Part shown: positions 45,967-55,423 of the stretch, piece by piece
Layout: each line of letters begins with the position of its first letter
Position numbering within the stretch: the first letter of the stretch is position 1
Source of the DNA: Candidatus Hodarchaeota archaeon
GTDB taxonomy: Archaea > Asgardarchaeota > Lokiarchaeia > Sigyniarchaeales > SOKP01
Length of the DNA: 64,000 nucleotides
Assembly (NCBI GenBank): GCA_048887225.1
Contig: JBHLJY010000003.1
Span: 46,420-110,419, forward strand
Direction of reading: 5' to 3'
Program-made: the position numbers and the translations under genes
The notes under the pieces: generated by a model
Database searches by the model: none
What the model saw: the letters and a program-made list of their open reading frames with translations, nothing else
What the model was told of the DNA's origin: nothing

Positions 45967-46219
45967 TGTGGATTCTGCATTCTTAAGAGTAATCCATAAT
46001 TTTGCTTTGAATTTTGTATTTTCCCATTATTTTTCTTTTAATAATTACCCTCACTATTTATTAAGTTTTTTCTTTAAGAATAAAGTTTAAAAATATAAAA
46101 TTTTCTAATTTTAATGATTCTAGTAAATTTATTAATAATAGCATATCTTTATAAAGATAAATTACATAATTAAGTCAAAATAGTAAACTAATAGATTAAT
46201 ATTGTTTTTGTGAAGAAAT

Positions 46220-46951
46220 TTGACACCTCTACGTGTAATCGTTGATTTATCACATAACGAAAAATTAGAAGATTTTCCGGAGTTTTCTTTAGGTGAAGAC
46301 GATTACGATGTTGATTATATAGATAAAACTGATGCTTTCATTGATTTTGATTTAGAAGACTATGATCTTTTATTTATTGGAAATATTTCCCATTCAAAAA
46401 AAAAAAAATCTTCTTTTTTTATACCAGATGAATTAAAGCAAATAAAAAGATTTGTAGGTGAAGGTGGTGGTTTATTATTAACATCTGGTGCAGGTGGAGA
46501 TCAAGATATTCCTATGAAACAAGGTTCTATTAGAGTATTATATAAAGTAACAGGAGTTCGAAGATTTTGGAATGGCAGAATATTAGAATCGGGTACTAAT
46601 TTCTTAGTAAAAAAAAAAAATGTTTTGATTACTGAATTGTTTTCCCATCCAATTACTAAAGGAATTACAGAATTAGTATTTCCTAATTGTACATTTTTTA
46701 ATTTGACAGAAGAAGAAGTTGAAGATATAATAGTAACTTCAGAAAAAGCAGAATTTCAATATCACAACGATGATGATATTGATGAAGTAGGACAAGTGCC
46801 TATATGTGTTGTTAGTGAATTCTTTAATGGAAGATGTGTAACGATTGGCTCCTCAGATTGGCTAATTGAAGATAGCGACTACGGCTTAGACGCGGGGGAT
46901 AATCTCAAGTTCTTGGAAAATATTATTAAATGGTTATCTTTTGAAATATAA
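46220..46951 (+). CDS. hypothetical protein, GATase1-like/DUF4350-like
   Basis: 'GGGLLLTSGAGGD', 'HPITKGI' and 'GRCVTIGSSDWL...DN..FLENIIKWL' resemble the DUF4350/GldG-type fold. It contains A13 and A12 homopolymers. Confidence 0.4.
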   Translation: MTPLRVIVDLSHNEKLEDFPEFSLGEDDYDVDYIDKTDAFIDFDLEDYDLLFIGNISHSKKKKSSFFIPDELKQIKRFVGEGGGLLLTSGAGGDQDIPMKQGSIRVLYKVTGVRRFWNGRILESGTNFLVKKKNVLITELFSHPITKGITELVFPNCTFFNLTEEEVEDIIVTSEKAEFQYHNDDDIDEVGQVPICVVSEFFNGRCVTIGSSDWLIEDSDYGLDAGDNLKFLENIIKWLSFEI

Positions 46952-46965
46952 AAATTTTTTCTACT

Positions 46966-48081
46966 ATGGTTTTTAGAATTTTACGTCCAGACTCGCATTC
47001 AGTTTGGCAAAACGAAGATATTCTTAAACGTTTTTCTAAATATAGAGGTATCTTAGATGGAAAGCAAATAGCAAGATATTTAATAGCTAAAAGCTTAGAA
47101 TGCAACTTTAACTCCAAGACCGATTCTTTAGAGAATTTAGAGATGTTATTAAAAGAAAAATCTATTGAATTTAACGAGTTATTGAAAAATATACCTGAAG
47201 AACTTAAAAATCGTGAGATTAAATCAAGTTCTTACGTTGATTTAGCTGAAGATATCGCAAGAAAATATCTTGAAAATTGTATTTTTTGCGAAAGAAAATG
47301 CGGGGTTAATAGAATTCAAGATGAAAAAGGGTATTGCTTATTAACAAAGGACTCATACGTTTCCTCAGCTTTTTTACATTTTGGAGAAGAATCTGTTCTC
47401 GTTCCATCTGGAACAATATTTTTTCAATCTTGTAATTTTGGGTGTGTATTTTGCCAAAATTATGATATCTCTCAAGCTTGGAAAGGTAGAAAAAATATTG
47501 AGGATATAGCTCAAAAAATTGATAAAGAAAAATTAGCAGCTATAGCAAAAAGACTGGTTGAGAAAGGAGCATTAAATATAAATTATGTTGGAGGTGATCC
47601 TATACCAAATTTACACACGATTGTTGGTAGTTTAAAATATCAAACATCGAACATTTGTCAGTTATGGAATTCAAATTTCTATTTAACTAATGAATCATTG
47701 TCATTAATTATTGATTTTATGGATTTTTGGTTACCTGATTTTAAATATGGGAATAATATATGCGCTGAAAAATATTCTGGTATTAAAAATTATTTCGATG
47801 TTGTATCTCGTAATCATAAGAGAATACATGACGAGGGTAGTGCCGAAATTATAATTCGCCATCTTGTATTACCGAATCATATTGAATGTTGTTCTAAACC
47901 GATCTTAGATTATGTAGCAAAAGAGATACCCAAATGTGTTGTCAACATTATGGGACAATATAGACCGCAATACAAAGCCCATAAATATAAAGAAATTAAT
48001 AGACATCCCTCAACAAGAGAAATGATAGATGTAAAGAATTACGCTGATGAATTAGGAATATTATATACCCCTGTCTCATGA
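46966..48081 (+). CDS. radical SAM protein (PflX-like, COG1313)
   Basis: 'CNFGCVFCQNYDIS' (CxxxCxxC) plus an upstream Cys cluster 'CIFCERKCGVNR...GYC'. Confidence 0.8.
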   Translation: MVFRILRPDSHSVWQNEDILKRFSKYRGILDGKQIARYLIAKSLECNFNSKTDSLENLEMLLKEKSIEFNELLKNIPEELKNREIKSSSYVDLAEDIARKYLENCIFCERKCGVNRIQDEKGYCLLTKDSYVSSAFLHFGEESVLVPSGTIFFQSCNFGCVFCQNYDISQAWKGRKNIEDIAQKIDKEKLAAIAKRLVEKGALNINYVGGDPIPNLHTIVGSLKYQTSNICQLWNSNFYLTNESLSLIIDFMDFWLPDFKYGNNICAEKYSGIKNYFDVVSRNHKRIHDEGSAEIIIRHLVLPNHIECCSKPILDYVAKEIPKCVVNIMGQYRPQYKAHKYKEINRHPSTREMIDVKNYADELGILYTPVS

Positions 48082-48191
48082 ATCGTTTTAAGTTTTAATT
48101 CTGCCATTTAAAATTTATCATCTTTCAATCTCTTTTTAGAAAAATCTATAAGGAATCTAATATTTTTAATTTTACCTAATTATCAATAATA

Positions 48192-49325
48192 ATGTTCAAC
48201 TTTTATCAATTTATTATGAGTTTTAAATTGGAAGACGTTAAAGGTTTAGGCAAAAAAGCGGGAAATCTTAAGGATGCCGGAATAGATTCAGTTGAAAATT
48301 TAGCAAATGCTAAAGAAGATGATTTAATAAAGATTAAAGGTATTGGTAAAGCATCTGCCCAAAAGTTTATCAATAATGCAAAAAAATTATTGAAAAGTAA
48401 AACTAGCGAAGATATGTATGAAGAAAAGGTAGTTTCCGAAGAAATTAATGAGGAAGAAAAAAAAGTTCAAGAAGAACATAAAAGATTAGAGGAAAAGAAA
48501 AGGAATTTAGAAGGAAATACGGTTGAGAAAAATGATTTCATTCTTGTAAAGGTAACAGGGAGAACACAAAAGGGAAAAATCTTTCAAGTTTCTTCTGTAG
48601 ACGATGCAAAGAAAGCTGGTATCTATGACGAGAAAAAAGAACATCTTTATACACCTGAATTTGTAATTGTAGGAACACCTGGATTTTTAAATGAGGGTCT
48701 TATGGAAACCATTGAGAATATGAATTATTTTGAAAAAAAATCGGTGCGAATTCCGCCAACAAAAGCTTTTGGTAAACGGGATCCCACAAAAATTGAAAGA
48801 ATTGGTATTGCTAAATTTAGGAGAATGAATGATGGGAAGAAACCAGAAATCGGACAAGATTTTACAAGGAAGGATGGTCAGAGAGGTACGGTAACTAATA
48901 TTTTACAAGGTAGGGTTATCATAGATTATAATCATCCTTTAGCTGGGCAATCACTTGATTACAATATTGAAGTAATTGATAAAATCGAAGATTTTAACAA
49001 AAAGATTGAACATTTTATGATATCAAAAGGAATTCCTAAACAAAATGTTTCAGACTTTAATATAAATTACAATAAGGATGATCAATCAATTGAATTTACA
49101 ATCCCGAAACAGTTCTTGTTCCAAAATTTGGCATTATTAAAATTTAGTCTAGCAATAGATTTACAAACTCATATGACAGATGAAATCAATGATGTAAAGT
49201 TTATCGAAATTTACGAAAAAATGCCAATACCACCAACGCCGTCAGAATCAGTAATGGAAAAAATTGAAGAATATGATAAAGAACATGAAGAACAAAAAAA
49301 AGATCAGACAGATAATAAAAAATAA
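48192..49325 (+). CDS. FKBP-type peptidyl-prolyl isomerase with N-terminal helix-hairpin-helix domain
   Basis: HhH 'VKGLGKKAGNL...IKGIGKASAQKF'. The FKBP core has 'FVIVGTPGFLNEGLMETIENM' and 'IDYNHPLAGQSLDYNIEVI'. The start is probably the internal M at 48216. Confidence 0.8.
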   Translation: MFNFYQFIMSFKLEDVKGLGKKAGNLKDAGIDSVENLANAKEDDLIKIKGIGKASAQKFINNAKKLLKSKTSEDMYEEKVVSEEINEEEKKVQEEHKRLEEKKRNLEGNTVEKNDFILVKVTGRTQKGKIFQVSSVDDAKKAGIYDEKKEHLYTPEFVIVGTPGFLNEGLMETIENMNYFEKKSVRIPPTKAFGKRDPTKIERIGIAKFRRMNDGKKPEIGQDFTRKDGQRGTVTNILQGRVIIDYNHPLAGQSLDYNIEVIDKIEDFNKKIEHFMISKGIPKQNVSDFNINYNKDDQSIEFTIPKQFLFQNLALLKFSLAIDLQTHMTDEINDVKFIEIYEKMPIPPTPSESVMEKIEEYDKEHEEQKKDQTDNKK

Positions 49326-49331
49326 TTATAT

Positions 49332-50336
49332 TTAATCTAATTCACACTTAAGTATTAATTCGTGCTTTTTAATTTCCTTCTCTTTTTTAAATTCTAATTT
49401 TATTTTATAAAATTCTTCTCGTTTTTGTTCAAGTTCAGTTGAGATTTTTGCTGATTTACCTTTTTTTTTTAAAAGTTTCTTTTTTGCTTTCTTGTACGCT
49501 TTTTTAGCCTTCTTATATTGTTTGTTCTTCATCTTATAAACTTTGTATTTCTCATTGATTTCCTGTCTATAGCTTTTAGATATCTCTTTAAGTCCAATAC
49601 AGTCTAATTGTTGCTTAAATTTTTTGAATGACTCGAAATTAACTACAATCATACCTAATTTTCTGGCAGGTACCAAGTTTTGAATCTTATCATCGATATA
49701 TATAACCTGTTTAGCTTTAGCATCTAATTTTTTCAAAACATATTTATATTTATCTATCTTAGGCTTGATAAGACCAATCTCATTCGAGAGAAACACGTAA
49801 TCAAATGAATCATAAAATCCTCTTAATTCATTCGATTTAGCATATACATCATAAACGTTAGACATTAAGCTCACAGTATATCCAGCACTATGAAAAGTTT
49901 CAACAATATTCTTCATATCAGAGGATAATTTTGTTAATTTAGTATGTAATTCGAACCATAATTCTAGATAATAGTCCAAGTTAACTTTTTTGGCTGGTAA
50001 GGCTCCATTATGTTTTTGATAAGGATAATAATATCTATCACTTATTTTTTCTAGAAATTCTCGTGAAGTTAATCGTCCAGAGCTTAATTTTCGTTTAAGT
50101 TTTTTAATGTAAGGATTATCTATTCTAGGTATTTTAATCTTTAAATCGCTTTCAATACTATCTAGTAGATTCTTTAAAACGAATGATCTCTCAGACATTA
50201 CACCACCAAAATCAAATATTATATGCCTAATCTTATATAACTTAACTTTTTGGCGTCCAAACATTTTTGATGAAGAATTCTTATAAGATTTATTGCTATT
50301 TTGAAGACTCATTCTCTTTATATAATAATTACTCAA
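49332..50336 (-). CDS. HAD-superfamily phosphatase-like protein with ~70-aa polybasic C-terminal tail (paralogue 1)
   Basis: Motif I 'IIFDFGGVM' (DxG variant), motif II 'VSLMSN', 'KPK' and 'YIDDK'. The tail is 'KQYKKAKKAYKKAKKKLLKKKGK...'. TTG start. Confidence 0.7.
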   Translation of the reverse strand: MSNYYIKRMSLQNSNKSYKNSSSKMFGRQKVKLYKIRHIIFDFGGVMSERSFVLKNLLDSIESDLKIKIPRIDNPYIKKLKRKLSSGRLTSREFLEKISDRYYYPYQKHNGALPAKKVNLDYYLELWFELHTKLTKLSSDMKNIVETFHSAGYTVSLMSNVYDVYAKSNELRGFYDSFDYVFLSNEIGLIKPKIDKYKYVLKKLDAKAKQVIYIDDKIQNLVPARKLGMIVVNFESFKKFKQQLDCIGLKEISKSYRQEINEKYKVYKMKNKQYKKAKKAYKKAKKKLLKKKGKSAKISTELEQKREEFYKIKLEFKKEKEIKKHELILKCELD

Positions 50337-51307
50337 TATATTTTAATTCTTGAAACTAATTCTTTCTTTTTCAATTTTGCTTTTTTATATTCAGCTTTTT
50401 TAATCATATAATCTTCATATTTTATTTCAAGATTAGTTTTCTTTTTTGAGGAGTCCTTTTTATTTTTTAAATAGTAGTTTTTTGCCTTCTTATATGCTCT
50501 TTTAGCCTTACGAAATTCTCTCTTTATTTCTTTATATAGTTTGTATTTGTTTTTAATTTCACGTCGAGATAACGAGCTTATATCTTTTATGCCAAGTTCT
50601 TTTAATTGCTCTTTAAATTTATCTATAGACTCAAATTTTAGGACATTCATACCCAATTGTTTAGCAGGAATGAGATTTTTGAGTTTATTGTCAATAAAAA
50701 TGCAATATTTGGGTTTTGTTTTCAATTTTTTTATTACATATTTATATTTTTCTAAATCTGGTTTCCTAAATCCAATTTCGTTTGATAAAAAAATAAAATC
50801 AAATAAATTATAAAATCCTTTAAGCTTATTTGATTTTACATGAACATCAAAAGTATTTGACATTAAGCTAACCGTATATCCTGCTTTATGTAGTTTTAGG
50901 ACAATTTCTTCCATGTCCATAGATAAATGGGAAAATTTAGAATATAATTGAAACCATAATTCTAAATAATAGTCCAAGTTAACTTTTTTGGCTGGTAAGG
51001 GTCCATCATTTTTCTTATTTGGATAATAATATCTCTTAAGAACTTTCTCTATAAAATCACGTGATGTGATTATACCCGCGCCTAATTGCCTAAACAATTT
51101 TCTATAATAAGAATCTTCTGATCGAGGGATTATTATATTTAAATCGTTTTCTATTATATCAAATAGATTCTTAATACTATGAGTCGGTTTTATGAGTACA
51201 CCTCCAAAATCAAAAATGAAGTGTTCAATTTCATATAATTTAACTTTTTGAAACCCGAATACTTTTCGAATAATATCTTCTTCTTGGTCTTGAAAGCTCA
51301 TTATCAT
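50333..51307 (-). CDS. HAD-superfamily phosphatase-like protein with polybasic tail (paralogue 2)
   Basis: 'FIFDFGGVL', 'VSLMSN', 'RKPD' and 'FIDNK'. The tail is 'REFRKAKRAYKKAKNYYLKNKKDSSKKK...'. The stop overlaps the start of paralogue 1 by 4 nt. Confidence 0.7.
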   Translation of the reverse strand: MIMSFQDQEEDIIRKVFGFQKVKLYEIEHFIFDFGGVLIKPTHSIKNLFDIIENDLNIIIPRSEDSYYRKLFRQLGAGIITSRDFIEKVLKRYYYPNKKNDGPLPAKKVNLDYYLELWFQLYSKFSHLSMDMEEIVLKLHKAGYTVSLMSNTFDVHVKSNKLKGFYNLFDFIFLSNEIGFRKPDLEKYKYVIKKLKTKPKYCIFIDNKLKNLIPAKQLGMNVLKFESIDKFKEQLKELGIKDISSLSRREIKNKYKLYKEIKREFRKAKRAYKKAKNYYLKNKKDSSKKKTNLEIKYEDYMIKKAEYKKAKLKKKELVSRIKIY

Positions 51308-51340
51308 CTTAAACTAAATCAATTATTTAATAAATATATT

Positions 51341-52132
51341 TTAAATTTCCTTTTTTAATTTTTTAAACTCTCTCAAAATCAGATTCCCAATTTTAGAAAC
51401 AGGATCTCCTCCACATTTCCAATTTGTAAACTCTGGAAATGATCCCGGATCAACAACAAACAATTTACCAGTATTTTTTTCTTTAACAATGTCTAAATGT
51501 CCGAATAATAGATTATAACTATTTTTCCATTTTAAAATAATTTCTAGGATATCATTAGGCGTATCTCTTTTTATCATATCAGAATGTTCATTTTTTAAAG
51601 GAAGTTTTTCTAAAGTACATATTTCATTATCAATAAAATAAACAGTATAATGTATGCCTTCAATAAATTTTTCTAAATATAAAATTTCATCTGAATTTGC
51701 TTCAAAATCTCTGAAGGTGTTTATAATTTTAACGCCTCTGCTTCCAGAACTCGTAATTGGCTTTAAAAGTAATGGAAAGTCGTTTTCTGTAAGATTTTTT
51801 ATCAGAGCCTTTAATGCTCCGTAATAAATATGTGGATATAATAAACCGGCATTTTTTATTAGTAAATAAGCTTCTAATCTGTTTCTGTGTTTATAACTAA
51901 TTTCTGGATTTGGTATAACTGGAATATTATTTGCCTCAATATAATATCCCGCATAGATAAAAGGTATTTGATGTTTAGATTTTAATATGTATAAATCATT
52001 CTCAAGTAATGACTCATCTATGCATAGATTTTCCTTTGTATAGATTTTAACACGATATCCTTTACTTTCATAAAATATTTTTAATTTCCCGGTAAAATAT
52101 CCTGTTCTTTTAGATAATATTCCTATTTTCAT
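51341..52132 (-). CDS. ATP-grasp protein (divergent; RimK/ITPK-like)
   Basis: 'PLLLKPITSSGSRGVKII', 'LYLEKFIEG' and 'FGHLDIVKEKNTGKLFVVDPGSFPEF'. 263 aa. Confidence 0.65.
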   Translation of the reverse strand: MKIGILSKRTGYFTGKLKIFYESKGYRVKIYTKENLCIDESLLENDLYILKSKHQIPFIYAGYYIEANNIPVIPNPEISYKHRNRLEAYLLIKNAGLLYPHIYYGALKALIKNLTENDFPLLLKPITSSGSRGVKIINTFRDFEANSDEILYLEKFIEGIHYTVYFIDNEICTLEKLPLKNEHSDMIKRDTPNDILEIILKWKNSYNLLFGHLDIVKEKNTGKLFVVDPGSFPEFTNWKCGGDPVSKIGNLILREFKKLKKEI

Positions 52133-52145
52133 GTTATAATTCTAT

Positions 52146-52973
52146 TTATTGTTTTTTAGCTTGTTCTATTAAAAATTCCGCAAATATTTTTGGTCCATTT
52201 TCAATATAATTAAAATTTGGCATGGAATTTATGTCTGTTAGATAATAAGTCCCATCTTTTGATTTTAAAAAGTCTAAAGATGAAGCCTTAAGGTCTAGAA
52301 TTTTTATTGCTTTTAATGCGATTTCTTTTAATTCAGAAATCTCTTGGATTTTTCTTCTGGTTTCCATTTTATCTGGGTTTACTAAAAATGGAATTTGTTT
52401 ATAGAAAAACAATTTATCTCCAAAACCATATATTTTATATTCCCACTTACTTTTAACGAATTTCTGGTAATAATAATATTGATAATCCTCCTCTCCTCCA
52501 TTAACTTCTTTAATTGCTCTCTCATCACTGATCTTTAGATGTCCATTTTCTTTTAAAATATTTGGCTTAAAAGTGTATGTTTTTTCGTCAACTATATTCT
52601 TTATAATATAATCTTTAAATGGGGCTTGACAAGTTGAGGGAAATAATGAAAAATCAGGTACACAGATACCAACTTTTCTTAATAAAATACTATTTAAAAA
52701 TCTATGTGATGCTAGCCAAATTGCTTTTGAAGGATTAATTACGGGGATTGAAGTTTCGTTTTCAATCATTCGAGCAAGAGAAACCAAAAATTTTCCTTTA
52801 CCCTTAACAAAAAATAGATCTTCGTCAAATTCTAAATTTTTATTTTTAAGTAAGTAAGAATCTTCTACATATAGTTTTACATTAGATTTAGATTTTAAAT
52901 ATTTTAATAAATCTGATATTTTATATTTCAAATGAAATTTATCAATAATGATTCCAATTTTTGGTTTTTTCAT
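52146..52973 (-). CDS. ATP-grasp protein (divergent; ITPK-like C-terminal motif)
   Basis: 'YYQKFVKSKWEYKIYGFGDKLF' and 'SSLDFLKSKDGTYYLTDINSMPNFNYI'. 275 aa. Confidence 0.6.
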   Translation of the reverse strand: MKKPKIGIIIDKFHLKYKISDLLKYLKSKSNVKLYVEDSYLLKNKNLEFDEDLFFVKGKGKFLVSLARMIENETSIPVINPSKAIWLASHRFLNSILLRKVGICVPDFSLFPSTCQAPFKDYIIKNIVDEKTYTFKPNILKENGHLKISDERAIKEVNGGEEDYQYYYYQKFVKSKWEYKIYGFGDKLFFYKQIPFLVNPDKMETRRKIQEISELKEIALKAIKILDLKASSLDFLKSKDGTYYLTDINSMPNFNYIENGPKIFAEFLIEQAKKQ

Positions 52974-53178
52974 AAATATCTAAATTATAATCTGATATTA
53001 AATACATGAGATTTATTCGATTTAAATGAATATATAATGATTTATATATTATAATTTAGATTAAAAAATTATTTAAGTAAAGCTGTTTGGCGATTCCCTA
53101 TATAGATCCCATATATAAATAATAAATAGATTTATAAAGAATGTTTTTTATAAGAAACCAAACTGATGAGATTTTTTT

Positions 53179-54096
53179 ATGTCTAAAAAAATCATTGTTG
53201 GTTCGATCTGTAATCGAGATCTCGAAGTTTTTAACGAGATCAAGAGATTTTCTAAGATTCATTATAGAATAAAGTTTGTTAATCTCATAAAAAACGATTC
53301 TTCTTTTTCTATCAAATATTTCAAAAAAAAATTGAAAAAATACAATATAGATTTCTTAATTGTTAAATTATATTCAGAGGAATCAAATCATAAAGTATAT
53401 GACGCAATTAAATCATATGCATCTAATATCCCCCGATTGAATAGTTTAAAATCTGTTCAAACATGCGAGAGCCGAAAGGAAACATTTAAATTAGTAGAGG
53501 AAAAATGCAAAAAACTAAAGATTCCTAAATCTTTTTATTCAATAAACGCTGCGTTTGAAGCAGTATCGAATGGAACGCCTTTAATTATAAAATTAGATAC
53601 ACATAATATAAGAAATTTATCTAAATATGATCGAATTCTTGGTGTCGCGAAATCTAATGATGATTTCGTTAAGTTAATTAGAAAATATGATGTAGAGAAT
53701 AACACTTTATTTTTCCAAGAATATTTAGGTAAACATGATGATATTTATAAAGTGTATGTAATTGATCGTTATGTACAAACAATCACATCTCAAAATCTTT
53801 TATTACAACATAAGTTTTCCCCTTTAGAATTAGTACACCTTAGAGCACCGATAGAAAAAGAATTTAAAAGACAAATTTTAAGATTAGGGCGAAAATTTGG
53901 TATGACAATCTTCGGTGTTGATTATGTCTTAAAAGATGACATTCCCTATATAGTAGATATTAATGATTTTCCTAGTTTTAGATATATCCCCGAGGCTATA
54001 AGCATGATATCTGATTATATATACAAGTTCTGTGTTGCGAGACAAACTCTTACTAAGATTCCAATGAGATTAAAAGTAAAAACTTATACTATGTAA
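53179..54096 (+). CDS. ATP-grasp kinase, inositol-tetrakisphosphate 1-kinase (ITPK1)-like
   Basis: 'FLIVKL', 'PLIIKLDTHN', 'FFQEYLGKHDDIYKVYVIDRY' and 'IFGVDYVLKDDIPYIVDINDFPSFRYI'. Collinear with recalled human ITPK1 motifs. Confidence 0.7.
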   Translation: MSKKIIVGSICNRDLEVFNEIKRFSKIHYRIKFVNLIKNDSSFSIKYFKKKLKKYNIDFLIVKLYSEESNHKVYDAIKSYASNIPRLNSLKSVQTCESRKETFKLVEEKCKKLKIPKSFYSINAAFEAVSNGTPLIIKLDTHNIRNLSKYDRILGVAKSNDDFVKLIRKYDVENNTLFFQEYLGKHDDIYKVYVIDRYVQTITSQNLLLQHKFSPLELVHLRAPIEKEFKRQILRLGRKFGMTIFGVDYVLKDDIPYIVDINDFPSFRYIPEAISMISDYIYKFCVARQTLTKIPMRLKVKTYTM

Positions 54097-54123
54097 GAAT
54101 AGCAATACAATTAAATTCTTATA

Positions 54124-55215
54124 TTATCGCGATCTTTTTCCTTGGATAAATCTTACAAGGCGTCGTTTCGCCCTAAAATCTTGGAGCTGTTTTGGAGGGT
54201 GTTTCATAAAAAAAGAACTTGCTGAATGTAATACGCCTCCAATCTGTCGATCTTTAGCTATTTTTGATATTCGAATGCAATCTGCAATAATACCTGCTGA
54301 ATTATTCCCGTCTTCAACAAACATGGTGATATCTACTCTGACAGGAGCGCCTCCAAAAATACGTCCTTCTAATCTCATATATGCTTCTTTTTGATTTTTT
54401 AAGAATGGAATATAATCAACAGCAGAAATTTGACATTCAACAGTATCTTTATTTTGTAACTTAGCAACGACTGCCTCAGTTTTGGATTGGCGTTTTCCTT
54501 CTTCATAAATTAGCTCCCCGTTCGGTTTAGGTGTTAGAAGGTTCAAGAAATCGCTACATCCGCCCCAATCAAGCTGTATTGTTCTATCCAATATCGCTCC
54601 ACGCATTGGAAAAAGATTTGCTAAAGCTCTATGAATAATTGTCGCACCAACCTGAGATTTCACATCGTCTCCAATTAAAGAAAGTCTTAATTCTTCTGCT
54701 TTTTGGACTATTTCTGGATCTTTCGCTACATTTGATGGTATTCCACACACAATACAGGCTCCTGCATCAAGAGCAGCCATTGCATAAAATTTCACAGCTC
54801 TATGGGCCCCAGTTGGTAGAAGAATTACAGCGACATCAACACTTCGTTCTCTTATTTCTCTAGCAATATCAGCTTCTTTTTGGTTATTATCAACAGGCAC
54901 AATATTCTTTATGTTGCTATCCAAACCATCCATTATAGGACCTTTAATGACTGGAGCATTTAGAAAATCTGGACGATATAGTTCCATATTACAATTTGGT
55001 TCAGCAAATATGGCTTCACTAAGATCTTTTCCAACTTTGTTTGCGTTGACTTCTATGCCCAATACAAAACTTATATCATTGATGCTATATTGTATTATTT
55101 CTGGTAGAATTCCTATAATTTTATCTGGATTTCTTTTATAGTTTTCGATTCCTTGGACAAGAGCAGATGCAACATCTCCAATCCCTATCAGACAAACATT
55201 AATTTTATTTGTCAT
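54124..55215 (-). CDS. ino1: myo-inositol-1-phosphate (inositol-3-phosphate) synthase family protein
   Basis: 'VCLIGIGDVASALVQGIENYK', 'LIGDDVKSQVGATIIHRALANL', 'LDWGGCSDFLNLL' and 'FFMKHPP'. Collinear with the recalled Thermotoga/actinobacterial-type MIPS. Confidence 0.75.
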   Translation of the reverse strand: MTNKINVCLIGIGDVASALVQGIENYKRNPDKIIGILPEIIQYSINDISFVLGIEVNANKVGKDLSEAIFAEPNCNMELYRPDFLNAPVIKGPIMDGLDSNIKNIVPVDNNQKEADIAREIRERSVDVAVILLPTGAHRAVKFYAMAALDAGACIVCGIPSNVAKDPEIVQKAEELRLSLIGDDVKSQVGATIIHRALANLFPMRGAILDRTIQLDWGGCSDFLNLLTPKPNGELIYEEGKRQSKTEAVVAKLQNKDTVECQISAVDYIPFLKNQKEAYMRLEGRIFGGAPVRVDITMFVEDGNNSAGIIADCIRISKIAKDRQIGGVLHSASSFFMKHPPKQLQDFRAKRRLVRFIQGKRSR

Positions 55216-55423
55216 GATAATGGGTATAATTAAATTATTATATTTAAATCATTACGAATAAGAATAAGATCTTTAAATCTTTCACAAAGTATCTTCAATT
55301 CTTTTTCCTTTAAATATGGTAAAAAATCATAATTCAATATGTATTAAATCGTAATCTATAAGTATAAAAAATTATAATTCAAGATAAGCAAACTATCAAA
55401 CAATAAAAGACTGTTTTACTAAA

